NCBI GenBank assembly: GCA_033762295.1
Contig: JANRLW010000049.1
Coordinates: forward strand, 1-36,044
Length of the DNA stretch: 36,044 bases
Direction: 5' to 3'
Source: Capsulimonadales bacterium
GTDB lineage: Bacteria; Armatimonadota; Armatimonadia; Armatimonadales; Armatimonadaceae
Program-made: the position numbers and the translations under genes
The notes under the pieces: model-generated
Told to the model about the DNA's origin: nothing
Databases searched by the model: none
The model's input: the letters and a program-made list of their open reading frames with translations, nothing else
In this document: positions 8,732-18,773 of the stretch, piece by piece
Layout of the letters: every line of letters begins with the position of its first letter
How positions within the stretch are numbered: position 1 is the first letter of the stretch

Positions 8732-9894
8732 CAACCGGAGATTTCGCAGCGCATCGGCCGCAGCGTTTCGCGGTCGAAAACCATCTGCACGGAGGCGTTG
8801 CCCTGCGGATCGCTGAAGGTCGTGAGAACGGCGGGGCGTCCCTCGCAGGTCACGGGTCGTTCGGGACGGTTGCGAAGTCGGGGATGACGCCGCCAGAACG
8901 CCTGCATTTCGTCGGAGTGATAGAGCAGTCCGGTGGGCGTAATAAAGAAAGTGACGGCATCGCAGACCTCACAGACGAGCCCGATGCCGGCCGGTTCGGT
9001 CGGATCGGTCCGCCGGATAGGGGTGGGCCGTCCGCAGCGGGTACAGGCCGCCTCCCCGGTTTCCAACCCGCGGGCGAGGTAGGTCTGCCACCAGCGGTTG
9101 ACGCGGGTCAGCCCCGCCCGGAAGCCGGACACCCCGTGGAGAACGACGGCGCGCGGGATGGGCGCGGCGTCGGTCGTCATGCCGACGAGTTGCCCGACGC
9201 AGGTCGGACAGCGCAGACCGAAGACCGGACCGTCGGTTCCGTCCGCAAATCGCCCTTGAAGGCGGGATTTGCCGCACCGGGGGCAATAGACGGCGGTTTC
9301 GCGCCATCCGTCCGCGGCATCGGCGGGCAGGAGTCCGTGCGCGTTCGCAGCGTCGCGCAGGGCGGTGGAGAGCACGCGTTCCAGCGCCGTCCGACTGCGA
9401 ACCAGACGCGCCGCAACCGCGTTCTCGGTCAGTCCGTAGCGCGCGGCGATCTCGCTGAGCGGTTGGTTCTCCTGGTAGCGGCGGACGAGCAGGGCGCGCA
9501 TCTCCGGTTTTAAGTGACGGAGGGCGGTTTCGAGCAGATGGGATCGTTCGAAATCCAGCAGGGAATCGAGCGGGTCCGGGTAGGGGCGATCGGCCGTTCG
9601 TTCCGTCGTCTGTCGGAGCGCCTCTTCCGGGCCGATCTCCCGCGCCTCCCGAATGCCGGTACGCCGGAGGTGATTTTTACAGAGGCGAACCGCGATCCCG
9701 GCGAGGAACGGGGGCCACTCTCGTGGTGCAAAGCCCGAGCGGTGGCGGCGCAGGGCGACCAGGATCGTTTCCTGGGCTAGATCCTCAGCCATCGCGGGAT
9801 CACCGGTCCAGCGGTGACAGAGTACGGTGAGCCGGGACCGTTCGGCGATCGGGTCGAAGGGACAACCATTCATATCTGGCGTGGGGAGAGGCAT
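8731..9894 (-). CDS. ECF-family RNA polymerase sigma factor with Cys-rich C-terminal extension
   Basis: Region 2 (AEDLAQETIL) and region 4 (LSEIAARYGLTENAVAARLVRSR), then about 190 extra aa containing CPRC, CPTC, CTRC and CEVC. Confidence 0.88.
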   Translation of the reverse strand: MPLPTPDMNGCPFDPIAERSRLTVLCHRWTGDPAMAEDLAQETILVALRRHRSGFAPREWPPFLAGIAVRLCKNHLRRTGIREAREIGPEEALRQTTERTADRPYPDPLDSLLDFERSHLLETALRHLKPEMRALLVRRYQENQPLSEIAARYGLTENAVAARLVRSRTALERVLSTALRDAANAHGLLPADAADGWRETAVYCPRCGKSRLQGRFADGTDGPVFGLRCPTCVGQLVGMTTDAAPIPRAVVLHGVSGFRAGLTRVNRWWQTYLARGLETGEAACTRCGRPTPIRRTDPTEPAGIGLVCEVCDAVTFFITPTGLLYHSDEMQAFWRRHPRLRNRPERPVTCEGRPAVLTTFSDPQGNASVQMVFDRETLRPMRCEISG

Positions 9895-10041
9895 CGATGA
9901 CGCTGTTTTTACGATTCGGTAAACTTTTTTTTCCGGTTTCGGTTCCGGGATTCCTGCACCGGGGTCATTGAAACGGCGGCCGCCGACAGGTACACTCTGG
10001 CATCGCGCCGGGAAACGGCGCCACCGACAAAGGGGCAGGGC

Positions 10042-10935
10042 ATGGAACGTAAAACCGCATCGGAATTTCCCCAGGAGTTATTGAACCTTTTCGATACGTA
10101 CGTGCACGGCGAAATCGACCGGCGGACCTTTCTGGAGGGGGCGCAGCGATTCGCGACCGGCTCCGTTACCGCCATGATGTTGTGGGAAAGCCTGCGCGCC
10201 AACTATGCCTGGGCGCAACAGGTGCCGAAGGATGACCGCCGGATCAAGGCGGAAACGGTGACGGTGCCGTCTCCGGACGGAAACGGGAGCATCCGTGGGT
10301 ATCTCGTCCGTCCGACAAAGGCGACCGGAAAGCTGCCGGGGGTCCTGGTGATCCATGAAAACCGGGGACTCAACCCCTATATCGAGGACGTCGCCCGCCG
10401 TCTGGCAACGGAAGGGTATATGGCACTCGCGCCGGACGGGTTGACGTCGGTGGGCGGCTATCCCGGCGACGACGAAAAGGGAGGCCAACTGTTCCGGCAG
10501 GTGGATCGTGCGAAGATGCTGGAAGATTTCGTCGCGGCGGCGAAGTGGCTGAAAACACGCCCCGATGGTACGGGGAAACTGGGCGCGGTCGGCTTCTGTT
10601 TCGGCGGCGGCGTGGTGAATTCCCTGGCGGTCCGCCTCGGAAACGATCTGAATGCCGGTGTGCCGTTCTACGGAGGGCAGGCCCGTGCGGAGGACGTACC
10701 GAAGATCAAGGCGCCGTTGTTGCTTCAGTATGCCGGACTCGACGAACGGATCAACGCCGGCTGGCCCGCTTATGAAGCGGCTTTGAAGGAACACGGGAAG
10801 ACCTACGTGGCCTATATCTACGAAGGCGCGAACCACGGTTTCCACAACGATACCACGCCCCGTTACGACGAAAAGAGCGCCAAACTCGCCTGGCAGCGCA
10901 CCCTGGACTTCTTCAGCAAGCATCTGAAGGGGTAG
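10042..10935 (+). CDS. Dienelactone hydrolase family protein (YghX-like)
   Basis: [30 protein letters not shown], nucleophile motif GFCFGG and [11 protein letters not shown]. Confidence 0.92.
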   Translation: MERKTASEFPQELLNLFDTYVHGEIDRRTFLEGAQRFATGSVTAMMLWESLRANYAWAQQVPKDDRRIKAETVTVPSPDGNGSIRGYLVRPTKATGKLPGVLVIHENRGLNPYIEDVARRLATEGYMALAPDGLTSVGGYPGDDEKGGQLFRQVDRAKMLEDFVAAAKWLKTRPDGTGKLGAVGFCFGGGVVNSLAVRLGNDLNAGVPFYGGQARAEDVPKIKAPLLLQYAGLDERINAGWPAYEAALKEHGKTYVAYIYEGANHGFHNDTTPRYDEKSAKLAWQRTLDFFSKHLKG

Positions 10936-10948
10936 GGGGCCGGAAAGT

Positions 10949-10983
10949 GGCCGCCGGCTCCGGGTAAATCGGAGTTGGCGGCC
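10949..10983. terminator. GC-rich hairpin between convergent genes
   Basis: ggccgccggctccg / cggagttggcggcc, a 14-bp stem with G-U pairs and a 7-nt loop. No U-tract. Confidence 0.5.
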
Positions 10984-10992
10984 GGACGACGT

Positions 10993-12303
10993 CTACCGCG
11001 TTTCGACGAAACGGATCAGGTCTGCGGCGTCACCGGAGTTCAGACGGCGGAAGTTCGCGATGACCTGCGACGCTTCCCCGCCATGCCAGTCGATCGCTTC
11101 CCGAATCGACCCGGCGCGGCCATCGTGTAACAGGAATTTCCGGAGCCGAATCCCCCACAGCGGCGCGGTCCGAAACTCGCTTCCGGTGGCCTGTCCCTGA
11201 CGGATACCGTCCGCCAGACCCGGTCCCATGTCATGAAGGAGCAGGTCGGAGTAGAGAGCAATGCGTCGGCCTGCCAGCGCCTCCGATTCGCTTTTTCCGG
11301 TCGGTAGTTCCGGAATGTGACAGGAAACGCAACCGACCTTTTGAAACGTGACAGCTCCTCGTTCGGCGGCGGGGTCGGTTTCCGTGGTCGGGGGACCCAG
11401 AAATCGCATGAAGCCCGCAAACAGGGGGATGTCCGCTCCGTCGTCCTCCGGTTCAGGGACCGTATCCGCGCCGGGTATGGCTTTTCCCTGTGGCAGGAGG
11501 TCGATGGGGAACAACGGTGTCGTGATGCCCATTTCGTGCAGATAGGCATCGGCGGCGAAGACGGTCAGCGACGAAATCTGCGACTTCCAGCCAAAGCGTC
11601 CGACCTCCGTTTTTTGCGTTTCCGGATTGACCACATGGTTGACCCTTCCGGAGATGCCGTCCCGATCGCGATCCTCCGGGTCGGCAAGGCTTTCGAGGGT
11701 GGCATCGGAAACCGCTTCCATCAAACCTGCGCCGAAAAGGGGAGTGGTCGTGCGTTTTGAAACGAAGGTCGCCTCCGGAGGCACGGTTTCCGGCAGAACC
11801 GGACTTGTCGGATCGAACTCACGGATCGATCGACGCTGAAGCACCGCGCCGCCCTTTTCCTCCAGATCGGTATACTGACCGTCGAACTCGCCGCCGATTC
11901 GGGTAACGACGGAAACCGTGGAATCGAAAGCCGCGCCACCGACACCTCCCTGTGAATGGCATTCCACGCAACTGGTACCATTGAAGACGGGACCCAGACC
12001 GTCGTCCGGACCCTCCGCTTCGGAAAAGACCGTCCGTCCTTCCTCGAACACGCGAGATTCCTCAGCCGAGAGACCGGAGACGGGCGATCCCGGATCGACG
12101 GTGGTGACGGGGACGGTCGATTCGGCCTGGCGGACGAGAAAGGCGCGGATCGCCTCGGGAGTGGTAATCGGGGCTCCGGTGGCGGTGCGTGAACCGGAAC
12201 CGGACGAGCAACCGAGAGCGGGAAGTAGACAGGAGAGTACCAACGGTACGGCAGTCCGCCCCGCGGCGCAGCGGGGAATTTTTCGTGAAACCGGCAGGGA
12301 CAT
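10993..12303 (-). CDS. Di-haem oxidoreductase family (DHOR, putative peroxidase) lipoprotein
   Basis: Two CxxCH motifs (CVECH, CVSCH), GLGPVFN, GRFGWK, SDLLLHDMG, FRTAPLWG and LHDGRA. Lipobox-like LLPALGC. Confidence 0.88.
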   Translation of the reverse strand: MSLPVSRKIPRCAAGRTAVPLVLSCLLPALGCSSGSGSRTATGAPITTPEAIRAFLVRQAESTVPVTTVDPGSPVSGLSAEESRVFEEGRTVFSEAEGPDDGLGPVFNGTSCVECHSQGGVGGAAFDSTVSVVTRIGGEFDGQYTDLEEKGGAVLQRRSIREFDPTSPVLPETVPPEATFVSKRTTTPLFGAGLMEAVSDATLESLADPEDRDRDGISGRVNHVVNPETQKTEVGRFGWKSQISSLTVFAADAYLHEMGITTPLFPIDLLPQGKAIPGADTVPEPEDDGADIPLFAGFMRFLGPPTTETDPAAERGAVTFQKVGCVSCHIPELPTGKSESEALAGRRIALYSDLLLHDMGPGLADGIRQGQATGSEFRTAPLWGIRLRKFLLHDGRAGSIREAIDWHGGEASQVIANFRRLNSGDAADLIRFVETR

Positions 12304-12382
12304 TACGGTATACCTCCTGGCGTCCCTGGTAAAAAAGAAGCCTCAAAGCTTCCGATCAGGACGCGGATACCGTTATCTTCCG

Positions 12383-12428
12383 GTGAAGTTATGAAGAATC
12401 CATGAAGTAGGATGAAAATTTAATGAAG
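12383..12428 (-). promoter_or_regulatory. Phased direct repeats, putative response-regulator binding array
   Basis: ATGAA(G/A) at 12391, 12402, 12412 and 12423 (spacing 11/10/11), plus GTGAAG at 12383, in an AT-rich patch upstream of the di-haem gene. Confidence 0.6.
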
Positions 12429-12493
12429 ATGGAATATTCCGCTACCGACAGCCGGAGGACCGGTCGTCGGCAGCGGACGGTTATCCGAGAATT

Positions 12494-13219
12494 TTACTGG
12501 CGCAGGAATTGCGCGTACTTCCTTCGGAATTTCAGCACCTTGGGTTCGATCACCATCCGGCAGTAGCCCTGGTTAGGGTTGGACTTGTAATAGTTCTGGT
12601 GGTAATCCTCTGCATTGAACCAGTTGGTGAAGGGGGTTACCTCCGTGACGATCGGGTTCGGGTAGATTCTTTCCGCGTTCACCTCACGGATCACCTCCTC
12701 GGCTACCTTCCTCTGCTCGGCGTCATGGAAGAAGATCGCCGAACGGTACTGCGTCCCGACGTCCGCCCCCTGGCGATTCAGGGTCGTCGGGTCGTGGGTG
12801 GTCATGAAGATTCGGAGAAGGTCCCGATAGGAGATGACCTTCGGATCGAAGAGGATTTGCAGGGCTTCGGCATGACCGGTCATTCCGGAGCAGACCTGTT
12901 CGTAGGTCGGGTTCATCACCCTTCCGCCGGAGTATCCGGAGACGACCTTATCGACGCCTTTCAGATCCTGAAAAATTGCTTCGACGCACCAGAAACAACC
13001 TCCGGCGATGGTGGCGATCTGGCGGCCTTCCGGGACTTTCACCGGAACGGGCTCGATGGACATTTTGGACTTATCTTTCTTTTTCGTCTGTGCCGTCTGC
13101 CCTTCCGGAGCGGGGGTGACGGCTTCGGTTCGGACCGCGCATCCGGGCAGGAGGGCGGCGATTGTCAACAGGAGCGCCGAGCGGCGATCGAGGTTCTTCG
13201 TTTTTTTCGATTCGGACAT
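12494..13219 (-). CDS. msrA: Peptide-methionine (S)-S-oxide reductase with export/lipoprotein signal
   Basis: GGCFWC, SGYSGG, TGHAE, HDPTTLNRQGAD, QYRSAIF, AEDYHQNYY and GYC. N-terminal LDRRSALLL...LLPGC. Confidence 0.95.
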   Translation of the reverse strand: MSESKKTKNLDRRSALLLTIAALLPGCAVRTEAVTPAPEGQTAQTKKKDKSKMSIEPVPVKVPEGRQIATIAGGCFWCVEAIFQDLKGVDKVVSGYSGGRVMNPTYEQVCSGMTGHAEALQILFDPKVISYRDLLRIFMTTHDPTTLNRQGADVGTQYRSAIFFHDAEQRKVAEEVIREVNAERIYPNPIVTEVTPFTNWFNAEDYHQNYYKSNPNQGYCRMVIEPKVLKFRRKYAQFLRQ

Positions 13220-13379
13220 GGCACCATAACTCCTCTGTTCCGTTCCTTATACAAATAACGACGGTGGAAAGATTCCGATCCCGATGATCGGCAGGAAATT
13301 TCGACCGGCGGAGAAGAACTAAAGCCAACACAGGGAGAGGCGCATCCGCCGGAGAACGCCGGGTGCGGTGAAATCCGCC

Positions 13380-14627
13380 ATGAAAATTACCGACGTCCGG
13401 GTTATTGTGACATGTCCGGGCAGGAACTACGTCGTTGTCAAAATCCTCACCGATGAGGACGGCTTGTACGGTGTCGGCGATGCGACGTTGAACGGCCGGG
13501 AACTCGCGGTGGCGACCCTGTTGCGCGATCATATTGCGCCGTTGTTGATCGGTCGCGATCCCCACCGGATCGAGGATATCTGGCAGTATCTGTCGCGCGG
13601 GTCGTACTGGCGCGGCGGCCCGATCCAGATGACGGCGATTGCCGGGGTGGATATGGCGCTCTGGGACATTAAAGGCAAGGCGGCAGGTCTTCCGGTGTAT
13701 CAGTTGCTGGGCGGAAAGACACGGGAAGGCGCCTGGTGCTACACCCATGCGGGCGGTCGGGATGCGATCGAGGTGGAGGATTCGGTCCGCCGGGCGATCG
13801 ACCGGGGTTTCCGGCATGTGCGTGCGCAGATCGCCGTACCGGGGGCGGTCGGCACCTACGGTGTCGGCGGCGCGAAGGAGGCGAGCGCGGCGACCTGGGC
13901 GGCGACGGGACTGCCGGTCTATGGCGACGGTGGTCCGATGCCGGACGAGGAGTACAACTGGGAACCCGCGCGCTACCTGCGGGTGGTGCCGAAACTGTTC
14001 GAACACCTCCGGACGGCGGTCGGCGATGAAGTGGAACTCCTCCACGACGTGCACGAACGGCTCAATCCGATCGAGGCATCACGGCTGGCGAAGGAACTGG
14101 AACCGTACCATCTCTTTTTCCTGGAGGACCCGCTCCGCCCGGAACATCGAGAGTCGTTTCGAATGGTTCGCCGGGCGTCCACCACGCCGATCGCGATGGG
14201 GGAACTGTACAACACCCGGCACGACGTTCTGCCATTGATGACCGAGCAGTTGATCGATTACGTCCGGTGTGACCTCACGCATATCGGCGGTATTTCCGAG
14301 GCCCGGCGGATTGCGGCGATCGCGGAACCGTTTGCGGTACGCACCGCATGGCACGGTCCCGGCGACATCGCCCCGATGGCGCACAGCGCGAACGTTCACG
14401 TTGACGTTTCAATACCGAACTTCGGCGTGCAGGAGATGGTCTTCTTTCCTGAGGTCGTGCAGGAGGTTTTGCCCGGCGCGCCGGAGTACCGGGACGGCCG
14501 ATTGTGGCCGAGCGAAACGCCCGGCCTGGGCTGCGATATCAATGAGGAGGAGGCGGCGAAACATCCGTACCGCCGGGCGTACCTTCCGACGTGTCGTCGA
14601 GCCGACGGCTCCGTTCTTGATTGGTAG
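13380..14627 (+). CDS. Enolase-superfamily sugar-acid dehydratase (RspA/ManD D-mannonate dehydratase-like)
   Basis: [50 protein letters not shown] and MGE. Substrate not assignable from motifs. Confidence 0.9.
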   Translation: MKITDVRVIVTCPGRNYVVVKILTDEDGLYGVGDATLNGRELAVATLLRDHIAPLLIGRDPHRIEDIWQYLSRGSYWRGGPIQMTAIAGVDMALWDIKGKAAGLPVYQLLGGKTREGAWCYTHAGGRDAIEVEDSVRRAIDRGFRHVRAQIAVPGAVGTYGVGGAKEASAATWAATGLPVYGDGGPMPDEEYNWEPARYLRVVPKLFEHLRTAVGDEVELLHDVHERLNPIEASRLAKELEPYHLFFLEDPLRPEHRESFRMVRRASTTPIAMGELYNTRHDVLPLMTEQLIDYVRCDLTHIGGISEARRIAAIAEPFAVRTAWHGPGDIAPMAHSANVHVDVSIPNFGVQEMVFFPEVVQEVLPGAPEYRDGRLWPSETPGLGCDINEEEAAKHPYRRAYLPTCRRADGSVLDW

Positions 14628-14716
14628 TTCGCCTCACGGGGAAAGGAGGGCGACAGGGAAATGGTGCGGATCGCCCTCGAAAGCGTGCGAAAGCGTCCAC
14701 TCCTTGTCTCTACGCT

Positions 14717-15493
14717 TTGGAAATACTGGGAATCGACATTGGAGGATCGGGAATCAAAGGGGCGCCGGTGGAGACGGAAACCGGTCTCCTGCTTGCCGAA
14801 CGGCTTCGGATCGACACACCCCAACCGGCGACCCCTACGGCGGTCACGGAAACCGTTGCCAGGATCGCCGACGAATTCCGCTGGTCCGGATGCATCGGCT
14901 GCGGTTTTCCGGCCGTCGTGAAGAATGGTATCGTCATGACCGCCGCGAACATCGATCCCGGCTGGATCGGTAAAAACGCGGGCAGTCTGATCGCTCATGC
15001 GACCGAAGCGCCCCGGGTTGTGGTCGGGAACGATGCGGACGTGGCGGGATTGGCCGAAATGCGATTCGGTGCGGGCAAGGGGAACCGGGGACTCGTCCTC
15101 ATGGTAACGCTGGGCACGGGGATCGGATCGGGGTTGTACTACAATGGTGTCCTGATCCCGAATACGGAGTTCGGCCATATTGAGATAAAGGGGAAGGTCG
15201 CCGAACAGTACGCGGCGGAAAGCGTCCGCGAGCGTGAGGACCTTAGCTGGAAGGAATGGGCCGACCGGTTGAATCGCTACCTGGAGAAAATGGTCCGTCT
15301 GACCTGGCCGGACCTGATCATACTGGGCGGCGGGGTCAGTAAAAAGTCCGAAAAATTCCTGCCTCACCTTTCGGTAAAGGCACCCGTGGTGATCGCCCAT
15401 CTGAAAAATGATGCGGGAATCATCGGGGCGGCGCTTTTTGCCGGCGAATCCTCCGTATCCGGTTCCGATTCGTCCGCTACGACGACCGATTGA
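14717..15493 (+). CDS. ppgK: Polyphosphate/ATP glucokinase (ROK family)
   Basis: [39 protein letters not shown] and [12 protein letters not shown] start at 14717 inferred. Confidence 0.88.
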   Translation: MEILGIDIGGSGIKGAPVETETGLLLAERLRIDTPQPATPTAVTETVARIADEFRWSGCIGCGFPAVVKNGIVMTAANIDPGWIGKNAGSLIAHATEAPRVVVGNDADVAGLAEMRFGAGKGNRGLVLMVTLGTGIGSGLYYNGVLIPNTEFGHIEIKGKVAEQYAAESVREREDLSWKEWADRLNRYLEKMVRLTWPDLIILGGGVSKKSEKFLPHLSVKAPVVIAHLKNDAGIIGAALFAGESSVSGSDSSATTTD

Positions 15494-16433
15494 GTCCGGG
15501 GATCGCATCGTTCGGCAGGAGGGCGTGGACCCCGCGAACGCCGTTCACGATCTGGGTAATGCGCAGATCGACGACGAGCGAGGCGAGCGACAGGGCTTCC
15601 GACCGGGACATGCGGAACCGTTCGGTCATCCAGTCGAGCATGGAGTTCAGGGCCGAGAACGTGGCGGTATTGAGGTCTTCGTGAAACCCGAAGGTGAGGA
15701 GGCCGGCAGGCGTCTCGGCGCGCGGCAGCGGCAATTGAAGACCGGGATGCAGTATGAACGTGCAGACGACGCGTTCCATGCCGATCTCGATGCTGGTGCC
15801 GGAGACCTCGCCATCGCCCTGGACGCCATGCCCGTCACCGAGGGAGAAGTGGGCGCCGGCGACGGCCACGGGCAGGAAGAGCCGGCTTCCGGCGACCAGT
15901 TCCCGGCAGTCCATATTGCCCCCGACGAATCGGGGCGGCGCGGTATCGTGGATGCCGGGCAGGTCCGGCGCGTTTCCGATAACGCCGAGGAAGGGACGAA
16001 TCCGCACCTTTTGTCCCTGGCGGTTGGTTGCGAATCCGGTGTCGCGATCGAGTTCCCAGAGGTGAACCGTTCCGGAATGGGCGGTTCCGAGCGCCATGTT
16101 CTCGGGGCTGTCCCAGCCGCCGGCGAAGGTCCATCCGGTCCGTTCGGGAACGATCTCCTCGAATCGAATCTCCAGGGTCATACCGGGGAGCGCGCCGCGA
16201 ACCGCGACCGGCCCGATCAGGCAGTGTCCGGCATCCTTTTTGGGGTCGCGCGGTTCGACCGTCCGCGGCCACTCATCCCAGATTTCGCTGGTTCGCGGTT
16301 CCAGCGACCACATCGCGTCAAGGGTGCGGTACACGACGGTGTCCCCCGAATCCACCGTCAGTATCGGCGGCAGGTCGCGGGAAAAATGTCCGTGCAGGTT
16401 CGGTCGTTCGGGAAGCAGTTCGAAGGTAGACAT
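15477..16433 (-). CDS. Acetamidase/formamidase family protein
   Basis: [21 protein letters not shown] and [21 protein letters not shown] 16433 follows GGAGA. Confidence 0.9.
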   Translation of the reverse strand: MSTFELLPERPNLHGHFSRDLPPILTVDSGDTVVYRTLDAMWSLEPRTSEIWDEWPRTVEPRDPKKDAGHCLIGPVAVRGALPGMTLEIRFEEIVPERTGWTFAGGWDSPENMALGTAHSGTVHLWELDRDTGFATNRQGQKVRIRPFLGVIGNAPDLPGIHDTAPPRFVGGNMDCRELVAGSRLFLPVAVAGAHFSLGDGHGVQGDGEVSGTSIEIGMERVVCTFILHPGLQLPLPRAETPAGLLTFGFHEDLNTATFSALNSMLDWMTERFRMSRSEALSLASLVVDLRITQIVNGVRGVHALLPNDAIPGLNRSS

Positions 16434-16474
16434 TGCGCATTCTCCGGAGAAGGTCAGGATCGGTCGGAACAGGA

Positions 16475-17839
16475 TCAGGCGGCAACCATTGGCAACGGAG
16501 CGAAGTCCGCTCGCCGGGTTACGGTACCGTTCCGGCAACGGGCTTCCGCCTGTTCGAGTGTAAGAGCCAGTTCGCCGTTTGCGCCTTCGTCCGTGACCGT
16601 GTGCAGGCGAACGGGAACGATCTGTCCCAGCAGGCGGCGGTCGCCTTTGAACGTTACCTTGATATAGTTGGGTGAATGGCCGTTGATCGTCCCGTTTTCG
16701 CCCTGCTTCCCTTCGACCAGGATCAGCAGAGTTTCGCCCAGATAACCTGCGGTAAAGGCGCGGTTGGTATCATTTACGACGCTTTGCAGTTCCTTGCGAC
16801 GTATTTGCTTTTCGGTTTCGGGAACGTCGTCGAGCAGGGACGCCGCCAGCGTACCGGGGCGTGGCGAGTAGGTAAAGACATGGGTGCGCTGAAATCGGAC
16901 CTCGGCTGCAAAGCGCAGGGTGTTTTCATGCATTTCACGCGTTTCGCCGGGATAGCCGACGATCAGATCGGTCGTGATCGCCAGGTCGTCGATCCGTTCG
17001 CGCAACCGGTCGACCAGGCGTCGATAGAACCCGGTATCGTAGGGACGGTTCATCGCCCGCAGGATCGTATCGTCGCCGGACTGGCAGGAGAGATGCAGGT
17101 GGGGGCAGAGGTTGGGATGCGACGCGAAGGCATCGGTCAGGGCATCGGTGATCTCGACCGGCTGGATCGAGGACAGCCGGACCCGTGAGACGCCGGGGAC
17201 ATCAGCGACGCGAACGAGAAGCTCGGCAAGATCGGGTCCGCCGCTGCCGGTGGCCGCACCGTACGCCCCGACACAGACCCCGGTCACGACGATTTCGCGC
17301 GTTCCGGAGGCGACAATCGCTTCCGCCTCCCGCACGACCTCACGGAAATCGCGGGAAACGAGCGTTTTGCGTGTGTAGGGAATCTGGCAGAATCCGCAGT
17401 AGTGTTCGCACCCGTCCTGGACTTTCAGCGTGGCGCGCGTGCGGTATCCGCGCGGCGGCAACGCGGTCGCCGGCGAGGAGGAGTAGGACAGGAGTTCCGG
17501 ATAGGTATCGGCGACAAGTTGGAAAACGTCGGTTTTGCGGTCATTCGGAACGAGCAGGGAGGCTCCTTCGACCCATTCGCGGCGATCAATCACGGTCTGT
17601 GAGTGGCAACCGGTCATGACCACGACCGCCTCGGGATTGGTTCGGGCGGCTTTCCGGGCGAGGTAGCGGCTTTTCCGGTCGGCGGAATCCGTCACCGAAC
17701 AGGAGTTGATCACATACACGTCCGCCGGGGCGTCGAAGTCGGTCAGGACAAAGCCCGCCCGGGCGAAGTCTTCGGCGATCTTTTCCGTTTCGTATTGATT
17801 GACCTTACAGCCAAGGGTGGTCAACGCGGCGACCGGCAT
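16475..17839 (-). CDS. mtaB: tRNA t6A37 methylthiotransferase (radical SAM)
   Basis: TLGCKVNQYE, INSCSVT, RTRATLKVQDGCEHYCGFC (CxxxCxxC), RLSSI and TDLIVGYPGET. Confidence 0.92.
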   Translation of the reverse strand: MPVAALTTLGCKVNQYETEKIAEDFARAGFVLTDFDAPADVYVINSCSVTDSADRKSRYLARKAARTNPEAVVVMTGCHSQTVIDRREWVEGASLLVPNDRKTDVFQLVADTYPELLSYSSSPATALPPRGYRTRATLKVQDGCEHYCGFCQIPYTRKTLVSRDFREVVREAEAIVASGTREIVVTGVCVGAYGAATGSGGPDLAELLVRVADVPGVSRVRLSSIQPVEITDALTDAFASHPNLCPHLHLSCQSGDDTILRAMNRPYDTGFYRRLVDRLRERIDDLAITTDLIVGYPGETREMHENTLRFAAEVRFQRTHVFTYSPRPGTLAASLLDDVPETEKQIRRKELQSVVNDTNRAFTAGYLGETLLILVEGKQGENGTINGHSPNYIKVTFKGDRRLLGQIVPVRLHTVTDEGANGELALTLEQAEARCRNGTVTRRADFAPLPMVAA

Positions 17840-17886
17840 GACAATGATTCTTTCCAGGGCAATCGGGTTCAGGGTAAGCCGTCCGC

Positions 17887-17915
17887 ATTGTACGGGCCAA
17901 CAAAGCCGCTGTCAA
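17887..17915 (-). promoter_or_regulatory. Sigma70-type promoter of mtaB
   Basis: Minus strand reads TTGACA-17 nt-TACAAT, about 48 nt upstream of the mtaB ATG. Confidence 0.75.
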
Positions 17916-17993
17916 ACGGAGCGCGGTCGACGCAGGGGAACGGTTGCTCCGGGAGGAAACTGAAGAGGAGGACCACATTTTGGAGGTGCGACC

Positions 17994-18764
17994 ATGGAAG
18001 ATCCGATCCGGAGAAACCGGGTGACCCCCGAGGAGCGGGAATTTTACGCGACGGAAGGCTATGTTCTGCTTCCCGGACTGTTAACGACGTCGGAAGCGGA
18101 AGCGCTCCGACTTGAGGTTCTGTCGATCATGGAGGTGATCGGATTGGGGCGGACCAAGTTGCGCCAGACGCACGAATACCTCGCCGGTTCGCGGGTGGAC
18201 GCTCTCGTGAACAGCGAAAACCTGCGACGGATCGCCTCCGAACTGATGGAGGGGGAAGCCCATCTCTATCTGCCCTTTACCGCAGTCAAATCGGGAGCCG
18301 AGACGGCGGAACAAGGCGGCGGCGAGTTTCACTTTCATCAGGATAACCAGTATACGCGGTTCGACGCGCCGGGAAACAACCTCTGGTTCGCGCTGACTCC
18401 GATGTCGGAGGAGAACGGCTGCCTTCGGATGATCCCCCGATCCCATCTCCACGGAACGTTGCCTTCACTGGAATCACCGGACCGGGACGGGCATCGGACC
18501 ATCGATTTCGCCCCGGAATCGTTCCTTCCGATCCGAATGGAGCCGGGAGACTGTGTCGCGTTTACCCGGCTGACGGTACACGGTTCGGGGCCGAACCGCA
18601 CCTCCGATCACCGGGTGGCCTATGCCGTGCAGTATTTTCGGGAGGACGTGCGCTATTCGACGGATGGCGGCGTCACGTGGAAACGGGCGAAAGACCATCC
18701 CCGGTGGTCCGTCGGCCCGGTGTCGGCATTGACGCCGCCGACCGAAAAGCGGGACGGACACTGA
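17994..18764 (+). CDS. Phytanoyl-CoA dioxygenase (PhyH) family Fe(II)/2OG dioxygenase
   Basis: HQD iron motif, ENGCLRMIPRSH and VHGSGPNRTSDHR. Confidence 0.88.
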   Translation: MEDPIRRNRVTPEEREFYATEGYVLLPGLLTTSEAEALRLEVLSIMEVIGLGRTKLRQTHEYLAGSRVDALVNSENLRRIASELMEGEAHLYLPFTAVKSGAETAEQGGGEFHFHQDNQYTRFDAPGNNLWFALTPMSEENGCLRMIPRSHLHGTLPSLESPDRDGHRTIDFAPESFLPIRMEPGDCVAFTRLTVHGSGPNRTSDHRVAYAVQYFREDVRYSTDGGVTWKRAKDHPRWSVGPVSALTPPTEKRDGH

Positions 18765-18773
18765 CCGTTCGGT

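Noticed and set aside
12383..12428. Short repeats as a CRISPR or iteron array
   Set aside because: Units are only 6 bp with 4-5 nt spacers, and there are no cas or rep genes.
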